This document shows positions 39,871 to 52,081 of a stretch of DNA of 64,000 nucleotides, in pieces. The position numbers and the translations under genes are program-made. The stretch is from Octopus sinensis (lineage: Eukaryota): positions 103,726,001 to 103,790,000 of the forward strand of contig NC_042998.1 of the NCBI RefSeq assembly GCF_006345805.1. The letters are read 5' to 3'. The notes under the pieces are model-generated. The model had not been told where the DNA came from. It ran no database searches and saw only the letters and a list, made by a program, of their open reading frames with translations. Each line of letters starts with the position of its first letter. Position 1 is the first letter of the stretch.

Positions 39871-40744
39871 CATATATATACATATATATAATATAATATA
39901 TTATAAATAAAATAAAACATATGCATATATATAACAATATATGTACGTACCTACCTCTACATGTACATATACACGCATATATGAATACAGGACACCAAAA
40001 AGGACGTCGAACACAATGAGAAACGAAAACATAGACACAAACCAAAGGAACTGGACATTTATTTAAAAACAGCAAAAAAATAGAATACAGGACAATCAAC
40101 ACAAAGAAAAAAACCCTTCTTCAGTCTCGCTAAAGCTTTCATCTACTCTACGTTTCGAAGGATAAAAGCGAGACGTATCTTCGACAAGAAAACTTTCCTT
40201 CCTGCGAAAAGCAATCATTAAAATTCTGAGATCTTTTCGCAGAGGGGTAAAAAATAGTAACAACAGGACAGTAACGACAGTGCAAATTGTAAACAGTATA
40301 AGCAGGACAAGGAAAACAAGATAAGAAGGGCTGTTGACGCCGAACAAAAAAAAGTATTGCAAACGCAGAATTTTTTATGGACGACAAGCGGAGGAAAAAG
40401 AGTGTCGTCCATTACCTTAAAAGAGCCAGGCGAGAGAGCAGCAGCGGAAGTGAGGTCGCGGGTGAACGACGGGAAGGCGATATATATATATATATATTTG
40501 TGTGTGTGTGTGAGTGTGTGCTTGTGTCTGTGCGTAGATAGATAGACAGACAGGTAACGTAAGAACGCAGCGTAAGAAACTGCTTGGCATCTAACCGGGG
40601 AAAACTATCTTTTGGAACAAAACTCGTTTCCAGTGCTAAGTTTTCAAATTTTCTGTTTGTATACATACATATATACATACATGCATACATATATACATAC
40701 ACACGCACATATATATATATATACACATATACACATATGCACAT

Positions 40745-40779
<35 letters not shown>

Positions 40780-41415
40780 CACCTATACATATATACACAC
40801 CTATACATATATATATATATATATACACCTATGCATAAATATATATATAGATACGCATACACATGATATATATCCATATGTGTGTGTGTGCGTATACACA
40901 AATACAGAAACACGAGCACACACACAAATATAACTATACCTATGTGTGCGTGTTTAGTTGTAGGTATGCATTTATACGCGAATGAATATGAATAATTATT
41001 GGATGTATTATGCTTTATATTTTTTTAATTTTTCATTTGTCGGCAATCTGTACCAACCTTTGATGAATTGGTGTTAGTAACGCTTCGCTACTTTCGCGAA
41101 CTCAGGCTAACTCAAGGTAAGTTTGCCTTTTCCAGTGAGTGAGCAAGGAAGAGGAAGATAGAGAGTAAGTCCTTTAGAAGAGAGTGCGATAGAAAACCAG
41201 CTGTAGGTAGGAAGGTTATACATATATATATATATGCATATACATTCACACCACACATGCGTATGTTTAATTATATTTATATATTTGTATATACATATGT
41301 ATACGCAGACACACACACACCACACACACACACGCACACACAACCACACACACACACACACACACAACCACACACACGCACGCACACACATATACAAGCA
41401 CATATACAAAATATA

Positions 41416-42282
41416 TACAGAGTACGGTGAATAAATTGTCGTCAAAATTACACAAAAAGGAAAATAACGCAGACATCTTATTTTAACAAATATATTTTCC
41501 AAAATTACATAAAAATATCTTGAAATAGTAAAGAGTAAATTTATTCAATAAAATTTCCATTGTCTCCAACCACGGCCTCTAGTCGACTTCAGAAAATCTT
41601 GCAAATCTTCTGAACGGTCTCCTTGTTTAAATTGATGAATGCTATCATAATCCTTGCCTCCAGTTCATCTTTTGTGTTACAAGGGGTTTTGTTGGCGTCT
41701 CGCTCAACTGCGTCCCACACATAATAATCAAGGGTGGTTGCAGTCTGGGGAGTTAGGTGACCAGATTTTAGGGCTGATGTGGTCGCAGAAATTGTCTGAC
41801 AACCATGACTGGGTTCTCCTGCTTGTGTGGCATGGCACAGAGTCCTGTTGCCAGACATAGGGTCTTTCAGCAGACATCCTCTTGACCCAAGGCGGCACTA
41901 CCTCCTCCAGGAACTTGATATAGGCCTCCGTGTTTAGTCTGAGGCTGTGTAGGAAGATGAATGGAGACATAATATCGCCATCACAAGTGATCACCCCAAA
42001 CACCTTCGTAATCACCGTTAGACTCATCCAACTCTTTCTGAATCCTCTGCACCGTCCTCAGATTGACACTCAAACACTCTGAAATGTCCATATTGGAGCT
42101 TCGGCATGAATGGCAAGCAGTAGAGCATGTCGTTTCCAAATTTCTTGGAGAAAGAACTGCGTCATACTACTTTTATTTTCTCCCAGACGGTACCCAAATA
42201 TGTAGTCGAGAAAATCTAAAACAAACCATACGCATGCGCGAAATAAAAGATATAAAAAATCTACAATCTACTCATCGCACCA

Positions 42283-42287
<5 letters not shown>
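41416..42287 (-). mobile_element. Internally deleted DD37D (maT) Tc1/mariner relic
   Basis: WQQDSVPCH...WSPNSPDCN-PLDYYVW with 37 residues between the last two catalytic Asp after frameshift correction; N-terminal HTH (ISECLSVNLRTVQRIQKEL); degenerate TIRs. Confidence 0.85.
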
Positions 42288-42322
<35 letters not shown>

Positions 42323-42428
42323 GAGAGAGAGAAGAGAGAGAGAGAGAGTAAGAAAGAGAAAGAGAGAGAGAATGCTAGAGGGAGAGAGGGAGATAAATTG
42401 TTGAGATATATATGTATACGTGTATGTG

Positions 42429-42466
<38 letters not shown>

Positions 42467-44327
42467 TAGAAGAAATGAGGTACTCAGAAAATCGGATACA
42501 TACATATATATATATATATACGCACACGTACACAGATATATATATATTAATATGCATGTATGTATAGATAGATAGATAGATTTATTGATTGATTGTTTGA
42601 TTCATACATACATACATACATACATACATACATACATACATACATACATACACACTCATTTGTCCGTCCATAGAATTACTCATATCCATATACATCATAC
42701 ATTTATTTAATGAAAAGGGAAGCTACATATGAGGATGCTCTAAATAATAGATATCTGATTAAGCACACCTCTTGTATTTCATGGATATGACTACGAATTA
42801 ATAATAATGTCTTTACCCTTTATCTAGAGCATTAATAATGCTGAATGGAGTGAATTCTTAACTGTGTATTGAAAGCTCCTCACAATCTCACTTAGGTAGA
42901 ATTTCGTTTCTTCGTTTGCAACAAATTAATTTTTCTCTTCTTATTGTATAAAATCCATTGTTTCGGAATGATGCCCTCACCAGTTTGTCTTTGCGCAATT
43001 AAAATTTCTTAATTTAAGATCATTAAAAAATTGCTCAGTTTTATAATTTTTAATACTGTTGTTACTCGATGGAAAAAGTAATATATTTTCTATTTTCATT
43101 TAACTTTTAATGTAAAATACACAAGTGTAGGAAATGTTTTGTTATGAAAATAAAATATAAATAGGTTTCAACAGGAAAAAATACGAGAAAGTGGAAAATT
43201 CAAGAGTGTGGTGTCCTGGAGAGGGAAGATTGGGTGTAATTATTTGTGTGGATTCAAGGGGTTAGGCAACAAGACCGGTGAAAGATAAAGAAATGACTAG
43301 ACAGAAATACCTGATTAGAGAAGATGCGAGACCAGCTACCTCTAAAGAACATTTACCATTAAAGTTGTGATAGAAAAGGACAAATAGGGAAGACAGCAAA
43401 CCTACGGTGAACGAGAGCCTGAAGAGTTTCTATTAGTTATTGAATACCTATCAGTCGAGTGACCCTTTTTCTGAATGCGGTCCCAGATGACAATGAATAT
43501 AACAGAAACATTGTCACAGAAGTGGGAGCTATATTTCACTATGATCCACACTTGAGCGTTGTTGGTTGTAAGCAACAGCTAGGTATAAAATACTTCCTCG
43601 CCCTCTGAAAGAAAACTGTTGCTACAGGTAGGAGATTTAACTATGTTAAAGATGGGCTTTCACAAGAGATCTTCTGAGATAGTGATACCTTGCACCCTAA
43701 CTGAATGATGCTCAGATATGCTGGGTGGTTAGTGCAGTGTTGTATTCTTGATATTTGTCGTGCATCTGTGTTTTGTTATCAAAAGGGACAAGATGGGTAT
43801 ACTACCACTAAGTATGATCTTAATATCTCTCTTCATGGAAATAATGCCTGTTTGGTTCGTAGTGTCTAAGATGCGTATGGGAAACTTATTTCTTTTGAAC
43901 ATTCCTGTACATAGTAAATATCATGGACAAGGAATTGAATTATTTTTTTTTTTTTGCTTAAACGCTCTCTTAGTATTTCTCAATATTTTTTTCTGTCATG
44001 TTCCTTAATATAGGTCTCATATTTGAAGCCGACTGATATCTTATGAAGGAGCACTTTCATATTTGTTTGATATAATAATTAAAGAGATAAAAAAATTATG
44101 CTACTAAAATATATATTTACTCTGAAATAGTACAAATACCATATCCATGCATGCTGCTTGACGTACTACATATGTGTGTGTGTGTTTGTATGCATGGGTG
44201 TATGTATATATGTATGTATATATATATATATATATATATTCGTGTGTGTGTGAGTGTGCATGTATGTATATATGTGTGTGTGTGCAAACGCGTAAATGTA
44301 TATTAATGTATGTGTATGTGCGTGTGA

Positions 44328-44535
44328 AGGCGCGTGAGCTGGTAGTAACTAGAGTGATTCTCGGACCGCCCGGTGTAAGACATTTCATCACGCTGCTGTG
44401 CGATCATTTTGACATCTGACGTATGTCACACTTGTTCACCTGTACCGGCAATGTCAATTCCATGGAAGGGATGAGCTAATGTACAGCACATACATTTCAT
44501 CGCTATCAACAAAGCATCCCTACAGGTAGTTCAGG
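44328..44535 (+). mobile_element. SINE family E (diverged)
   Basis: Homologous to the reverse-strand copy at 49283-49550. Confidence 0.65.
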
Positions 44536-44562
44536 TTTGTGCACACATATGCACACACACAC

Positions 44563-44600
<38 letters not shown>

Positions 44601-44715
44601 TATATAGTTATATATATATATATTTATATATATATATATATAATATATACATACATATATATGTAATATATATGTATAATGTATTTATATATGCATATAT
44701 ATATGATATATATAT

Positions 44716-44759
<44 letters not shown>

Positions 44760-44844
44760 ATATATATATATATATGTATATATATAATTTTAATCCAAAA
44801 GGGAAACAAAAAAACACAAAACCACAGGAACAATTACAGTATTA

Positions 44845-44887
<43 letters not shown>

Positions 44888-45196
44888 GTATATATATACA
44901 TACATGCACACATACATACAAAGACAAAGATAGGGGAGAAGAAGAGAAATAGAGAGGAGAGAGAGAGAGAGAAAGGGGCAGACTACACAGTTTTGGTTGC
45001 ACTGTAATTAAATTTTTTTCCCAAGTTATTTCAAATAGATTATTATATAAAACAAAAGTTCATTCTTCCATACCGGTTTCACTTGATTTGATGATGATCA
45101 ATATTGTGCTCTATAGTTAAGAGATGAGGAATTATGTACATTATTTACATTATTTACATTTACATTTATTTATTTATCCACATCTTGTTTGTTCTT

Positions 45197-45242
45197 AACA
45201 CAACGTTTCGGCTGATATATTCCCCAGCCTTCATCAGGTGTC
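45197..45242 (-). ncRNA. Minimal type I hammerhead ribozyme with canonical core (Penelope-type)
   Basis: GACAC-CTGATGA-A-GGCTG(loop)CAGCC-GAA-ACGT-T-GTGTT: helix I, helix II, palindromic ACGU helix III and a GUU triplet. Confidence 0.8.
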
Positions 45243-45313
45243 TTGGGGAAATTTCGAACCTGGGTTCTCATTCTTAAGGTATTTCTCGACGTTGTTATTA
45301 TTATTATCATTGC

Positions 45314-45368
<55 letters not shown>

Positions 45369-45401
45369 GTTATTATTATTATCATTATTATATTATTATT
45401 A

Positions 45402-45447
<46 letters not shown>

Positions 45448-46003
45448 GAGTGAGAGAGCATTGCATGCAATCAAAGTGACACTGGGGTAAAATATACGAA
45501 GCCCAGTATACCCATCATGGCTACCTGTCTGATAAGGGTACACCAGACACATGCATTACAACCATGTGTGCGCGACATGGTTATCTCATATCAAGATAAA
45601 CAGCACATGACCTTGCAGGTGGGGTCCAGTTAGAATTTTCTTCTGGTCAAGTAGCAATCCCGCTCAAAAGGTCCCTGAATAAGGATTGTTTAAGGATGTT
45701 GAATGAACCACCCATGTTTCCAAAGGTGAATTATTCAAACCTCAAAGAATCCCTGTCAACACATGGATATGATGCTCCCCCACTACTTCTGCTCGTGATC
45801 AGAGATGCACATATTGTCAGCCACTAAGGGACATGCTCAACTGGTTAAGGTCAAACAACGGACAAGCAAATCTGTGGTATTGAGCAGAATATTTGCTGTA
45901 GCCCATCTTTTATACCAAGACAAACCACAGTACATGATAACACTTTCAATCAGTTAAGATGAGAAGCCATGAGAGCTAACGCCTGGTACTGCATCAGGGC
46001 ATT
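45448..46003 (-). mobile_element. Family D retroelement embedded in (TAA)n
   Basis: Homologous to 11963-12300 and ~220 bp longer at its 5' end; TAA arrays on both flanks. Confidence 0.8.
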
Positions 46004-46053
46004 ATAATAATAATAATAATAATTATTATTATTATTATTATTATTATTATCAT

Positions 46054-46120
<67 letters not shown>

Positions 46121-46401
46121 CAAATGCAAATAATGTAAATAATGTATTAATATTGCGCGTATTACACATGTATATTACAGCGGATATCAACTACTTCGAG
46201 TGAAACCGGAATGTGGTAGTGCATTCTGAAATGATTTAAGCACTAACTGAACAAAAGGAATGACAGTAAAATCTTTAGACCTAAAAGAACACGACACGTT
46301 CTCTTGATTACTCTCTCTTGCCGTTCTTCTCGCAACACATATGTATGAATGTATGAACATTTGAGTGCGTGTGTTTGCATGTGTGTGTGTATTAATACGT
46401 A

Positions 46402-46448
<47 letters not shown>

Positions 46449-46549
46449 GTTATGTATGTATGTATGTATAGTTGAAATTTATAGAAAAACAAAAGATGTA
46501 TGAACAACGAACAGGGGTATTAGTTCGACGCACGGCAAAATGAAAAAGT

Positions 46550-46585
46550 CTTTAACGTTTCGAGCTTACGCTCTTCAACTGAAAG
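46550..46585 (-). ncRNA. Degenerate minimal hammerhead motif
   Basis: cttt-CAGTTGA-a-GAGC(GTAA)GCTC-GAAA-cgt-t-aaag. Confidence 0.55.
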
Positions 46586-46781
46586 GAATAAGAGAAAATA
46601 AACAGAGAGAGAGAGAGAGAAAGTGAGAGAGAAACCCTGCAGATTTAGCAGTCTAGCATGGCGAATGATTAGAGCAAATATTTGGTAGAAGAGGAAGAGA
46701 GGTTGGAAGAAAAGGAGATAGTAAAGTGCTGGTGATCCCAAATTAATTTGCGCGTGTGGGTATGTGGTGTGTGGATGAAGG

Positions 46782-46824
<43 letters not shown>

Positions 46825-47560
46825 ATATATATAATATATATATATATAATATATATATATATATATTGATAAACTTATGCACGTACATACACACGCATAC
46901 GCGCGCATGCATACACACACACTCACACATATATCAATAAACACGCAAACGCACATACAAATTTATATGCCCTCCCTCAGTCAAATGCTTGACATGCCAA
47001 CATATTACTTTCCCGTCATTGCTTGCAAAATTAATTGCCTTGTTTCTATTATTTGTTTGTATCTTTCTTGCCTTTGAATAAGTCTAAGGGATGTGCTTGC
47101 TCTGTTTCCTTATTCACCCGAAACAAGGTTTTATCGTTAAATGTAACCGAACCATATCAGATTGGTTTATAAACGTAAACAATATCTACAACCTGTGGGA
47201 AAAGGAATTAGGCAAGCTTTAATAAAATTAAGATATCAATCTTAGTAACGTATATCAATAAAAGATTTTCACATCACAGTTATATATGAGCAAGTCTAAA
47301 TGTGTCACACTACGTACACACACACACATATATACCTGTATTTATGTTGGCATGTATGTATGTTAGTGCGTATGTATGTATCTACGAATGCATGTATATA
47401 TGTAAGTATTTTCAAACAAACCACACACGATAAATGAATTATACATGTATATTTGGGTATGTGTACATCTGGCCGTATGTGCGTGCAATTATCAGCATGT
47501 ATGTATTGCTAGTGTTTTCGAACTCAAAACGTCACTATTATAAGCCCGACATATATGTAC

Positions 47561-47611
<51 letters not shown>

Positions 47612-47708
47612 ATATTATATATATATATATTATATATATATATATATATAATATATATATGCATATATATATATGTACATATATATATACATAATATATA
47701 TATATATA

Positions 47709-48090
47709 GGCGTAGGAGTGGGTGTGTGGTAAGTAGCTGGCTTACGAACCATATGGTTCCGGTTGGCACCTTGGGCAAGTGTCTTCTACTATAGCTCGGG
47801 CCGACCAAAGTCTTGTGAGTAGATTTGGTAGAGGGAAATTGAAAGAAGCCCGTCGTATATATGTATATATATATATTTGTATGTGTGTGTATATGTGTTT
47901 GTCCCCCCCGACATCGCTTGACAACACATGTTGTAGTGCTTGCGTCCCCGTAACTTAGCGGTTCGGCAAAAGAGACCGATAGCATAAGTACTAGGCTTAC
48001 AAAGAATATGTCCTGGAGTCGATTTTCTCGACTAAAGGTGGTGCTCCAGCATGGCCACAGTCAAATGACTGAAACAAGTAAAAGAGTAAA
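47709..48090 (+). mobile_element. SINE family A, near full length
   Basis: Head GGCGTAGGAGTGG..., body, and AAAAGAGT tandem tail. Confidence 0.9.
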
Positions 48091-48093
48091 AGA

Positions 48094-48129
<36 letters not shown>

Positions 48130-49149
48130 CATACATACATACATACATACATACAAAGATATGTATCAGTAGTATATACGTGCAAATGTAGAGAGAAAGA
48201 CAGAAAGAAGGAAAGAATATATTCTATGTATTAAATGTGTACGAGTGCAGTCTTGTTACTACTATTATACTGGCCCCCACCCCAAAAGTTTAAACGAAAT
48301 TTTTTCTCTCTCACATTTTATTATTTAAAATGAAATATAGTTTCTTTCATGTAGTTCTTCTTTCTTCGTCGTGGTCATGAACAAATCCAAAAAAAGTTTT
48401 AACCATGTAATTTTAATAAACATAACAATTTGACGCCCATTTTAAAATGTTTACGACCCACCCCTGTAAGAAAAATAGTACTATGCCATCTATGGCTCTT
48501 GTTTGTGATACGTATGATATATATTTGAATTATTAAAAAAGTACGCTAATTTTAAATATTGATATTGTATTATATACTGTGATATGCTTTTTATTGAATA
48601 ATCTTAGAACTTTGGATACGGTTTTGGGTGTGTACAATTAAAGATATTTTAGAGAAAAAGTTTTAACTACGTTAAATTTTTGAGGTTATTGTGCAATTCT
48701 GTGACGCACACATCATCAAATAGGTATACATACATACATAGGTATACATACATACATACATACATATATACATACATACATACATACATACATACATACA
48801 TACATACATACATACATACATACATACATACATACATAAATACATGCATACATACATATATACATACATACATGCATACAATCATACATACAAAAATACA
48901 TATGTAAGAGCGTACATATATGTATTTCTATGAGTGTCTGTTGATGTTTTTTTTTGTTTGTGTATAAATGAGAAATTATATTAGACACACGCACACACAG
49001 ATGCACACACACTAACACACACATACATTCACACATTAAATCACGAATTAAAAGACGCTCTAGTAATGTAAACGTTATCGATCGCACAACATTAGTTGGA
49101 TAAAATCGATGTCAGAAATTTAACCTGTTTAAAATCTAACCTGTTTAAG

Positions 49150-49208
49150 ATTTTACCTGATGATGGTGGATTATATATTAGTTTTCTATCGAAACAACTG
49201 TTGCAAAT
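49150..49208 (+). ncRNA. Degenerate type I hammerhead motif
   Basis: ttttac-CTGATGA-t-ggtgg...ctatc-GAA-AC(aact)GT-T-gcaaat; helices imperfect. Confidence 0.45.
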
Positions 49209-49282
49209 TTTAAAGGCTCTTTGGGTTTACATTACATATATATATCATAGACTCTCTCTCTCTATGTCGTTAGCCGATGCGT

Positions 49283-49550
49283 GAAGGTTCGGCAATTTCT
49301 TACCGAACAACCATACAGATGATTTGTTTATAGTGATTGTGTTGATATAACATCACTCCCTTCATCAAATCGACATTAACTGTACAGGTGCACACATGTG
49401 CCACATGTCAAATGATGAAATGATCGCAGAGCAACGTGAAATGAAGTATTGTGCTCAAGAACACAACACAACATCCTATCTGAGAATCGAAACCACAATC
49501 TCATAATCGTGAGTGCAATACCCTAACTCCTAAATCATACGTCTCCACAA
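49283..49550 (-). mobile_element. SINE family E
   Basis: tRNA-like head on the minus strand and body shared with 44328-44535. Confidence 0.75.
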
Positions 49551-50339
49551 TACCAATACCTATATATATATATATATATATATACCGGAGTAAACACATA
49601 AATGTGAAACAAGGTGGAAAAAAGAGTACTCAAATACCAGTGGTAGAGTAATATGCTTTATTTAAAGCAGCACAAAATTCAACAAAACCTGTTACTCTGA
49701 GTTTCCCGTTGCCGTTCATCGGACAGTTTTTGCTAGAAACGTATATATATGTAAATGTAAAAATGTAAATGTAAATGTAAAAAAATACAAACTGGGACAA
49801 GAACGTAAAACATTTAGAAAACGATACAAAAAACACGGACGAGACATTCGAAGCCTTCAAACTTCAGTCAAGAACCGGATCATCTTCGCAATTTCGGCTG
49901 ATTAATCTTGAGATTGCTCCGATCTGGCCAGCCCCAAAGGAAAATCTAAGCCAAGCGCATTAGATTCCTTGGAAGAAAGCCTTGAATGTATACAAAACAA
50001 GGACGGAAAACAGGACGATGTTACACGAATAAAAATACAAAAATACGTAAAAACAATAACGATAACACGAATAAGAATACAAAAATACGTAAAAACAATA
50101 ATGATAATAATAATAACAACAAAAACAGGACGTCACAAACAAGCGTCTTTTCGACACGACGAGTAAATTTTTGAGCTGGCGTTAGAAAAAAGCCTTAGGG
50201 CTAGAGAGAGAAAAAAATGTGTCTTGCCGCAACGGCTGCTGACCACGAAGAGGCTAGCAATCGGTTGGCTAGTCATCCACATATATTTCCACTCGTGCGG
50301 TACGTTGCAACTTCACTTTGTTATATATATATATTCAAA

Positions 50340-50543
50340 ACGTGACCACGTGTGTATCGTAGGCGATTTTTTCCTCCGTCTTCCCTTCCTTGGATCTTTC
50401 CTTTTCCTATGTTTCTGGCGAAGAGCTCCACTCGAAACGTTAAATCCCCCTTCTTTCTTTCCTTTCCTGAGCGTCCAATAACACTACACTTGTTCCACGT
50501 CTTCACGTTGTTGTGTTTTATCTTTGTGTTTTCATGTTTGGAT

Positions 50544-50545
<2 letters not shown>
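50340..50545 (+). mobile_element. Short Penelope-related repeat with hammerhead motif (50412-50444)
   Basis: Homologous to 17440-17620; ttt-CTGGCGA-a-GAGC(tcc)ACTC-GAAA-cgt-t-aaa. Confidence 0.7.
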
Positions 50546-50574
<29 letters not shown>

Positions 50575-50647
50575 TGATAAAACGGTAAGATAACAAAAGA
50601 AAGAAAGAGACCTCAATATTATGTAAATAGAGGAATTTATCTATACA

Positions 50648-50811
50648 ATATGTTACATTACTCGGTAGTCAAGATAAAACTCTGAGTTTCAGATGCCGAA
50701 GTGGAAATCCACAACACCATAGCCAGATAACCGAAGAGATGGTGTTGTGGATTTCCACTTCGGCATCTGAAACTCAGAGTTTTATCTTGACTACCGAGTA
50801 ATGTAACATAT
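50648..50811. repeat. Perfect inverted repeat, 73-bp arms, 18-nt spacer
   Basis: Base-by-base comparison: 50648-50720 is the exact reverse complement of 50739-50811. Confidence 0.97.
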
Positions 50812-50816
50812 GGTAT

Positions 50817-50863
<47 letters not shown>

Positions 50864-51049
50864 GTAAGGTATGGATTCATAGACTCTTGTGATCGTGTGG
50901 TTGATGAGCTATCTTGCTTTCTTTGTATTGATTTGTGAATACAGATTTGTATTGTATAACATGTAGCATGCATATTAATGCAGACATGTAAGCATAATTT
51001 GTTATATACTGAAATTATTGTTACAGGAAAAGACTACGAAACGGCCGTA

Positions 51050-51260
51050 ATGTTAACCAATAAAGGCATTCTAAAGACAGCCAGCACAAGACGATTTTGT
51101 AAAATAAACACAAAGTGAAGATTAAAACTAACAGGTCACATATTTCGGCTACCAGAAGAGCACCGTTATAAAACTGCATTCAAATGGACTCCACGTGCAA
51201 GAAATTAAAGAGAGGAAGACAGAAAACTACATGGCGCTGAACATTCATAGCCAAAATATT
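51050..51260 (+). mobile_element. Decayed RTE-like LINE 3' fragment
   Basis: RLKLTGHIFRLPEEHRYKTAFKWTP...RGRQKTTWR motif string. Confidence 0.6.
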
Positions 51261-51819
51261 CTCGAGAACACAGGAGAAAATGAAATGGACTGATTCTTTA
51301 ATTGTCAACAGAGTAATAATTAAAACTGAGCTTCAACTACTTTTTTAAGTAATAAAATGAAAATATCTGAAATACAAATGCAAGCATCCTTTGGCAGCTG
51401 GACATTTACGAGTCAGAGATCACTTCATCAACCATACCTAAACATTATGCAAGCACTATTCTGTTATGGTAGAAATGTCAAAGATTGCTACTTCATTCAC
51501 ACTTATTCCTTCAGGACATGGAAAAGAGAAATGTTACAAAGCAATATTAGTATAGATTGTGGGATTATGAAATTCTACATGCGACATAATGTGGTAAAAC
51601 ATCGTGTATGTAAGCTACACAGAAATCATACAGACTGCACTACTGATAAGAACTTAAGAGTCAAATATCTCAACCAACTGCTAACTATTTAAACACCAGG
51701 TCAGATGTCTTTAAAAATGTTTTCATCTCAATTATATATATTAGTTGAAATATTCGAAGATTTTAGTCAACTACAGCTTGATAGTTGATTAATTAATTTA
51801 TTTATTTATTTATTTATGC

Positions 51820-52081
51820 GCCCTTTTCAAGCCTAGCCAGCCTCATGGGCCCGGTTTCCCGTTTTCTGTGGCGTATGTGTTCCCCCCAGTTAGAAACAGG
51901 AAGAGTGAGAGATGTTGGGGCGAAAGAGTATAACAGGGGTTGCCACCAACCCCTGCCGGAGCCTCGTGGAACTTTAGGTGTTTTCGCTCAGTAAATACAC
52001 ACAACGCCCGGTTTGGGAATCGAAACCGCGATCCTCCGATCGCGAGTCCACTGCCCTAACCACTGGGCCATTGCGCCTCCA
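51820..52081 (-). mobile_element. SINE family C
   Basis: Homologous to 27455-27717. Confidence 0.85.

Noticed and set aside
40140-40190. GAAACGT with an upstream stem on the minus strand (similar case near 10890-10925)
   Set aside because: The CUGANGA core is too degenerate to support a ribozyme call.
49995-50120. Roughly 2.5 direct repeats of a ~42-bp A-rich unit
   Set aside because: Tandem repeats without unique spacers in eukaryotic DNA: an ordinary minisatellite, not a CRISPR array.
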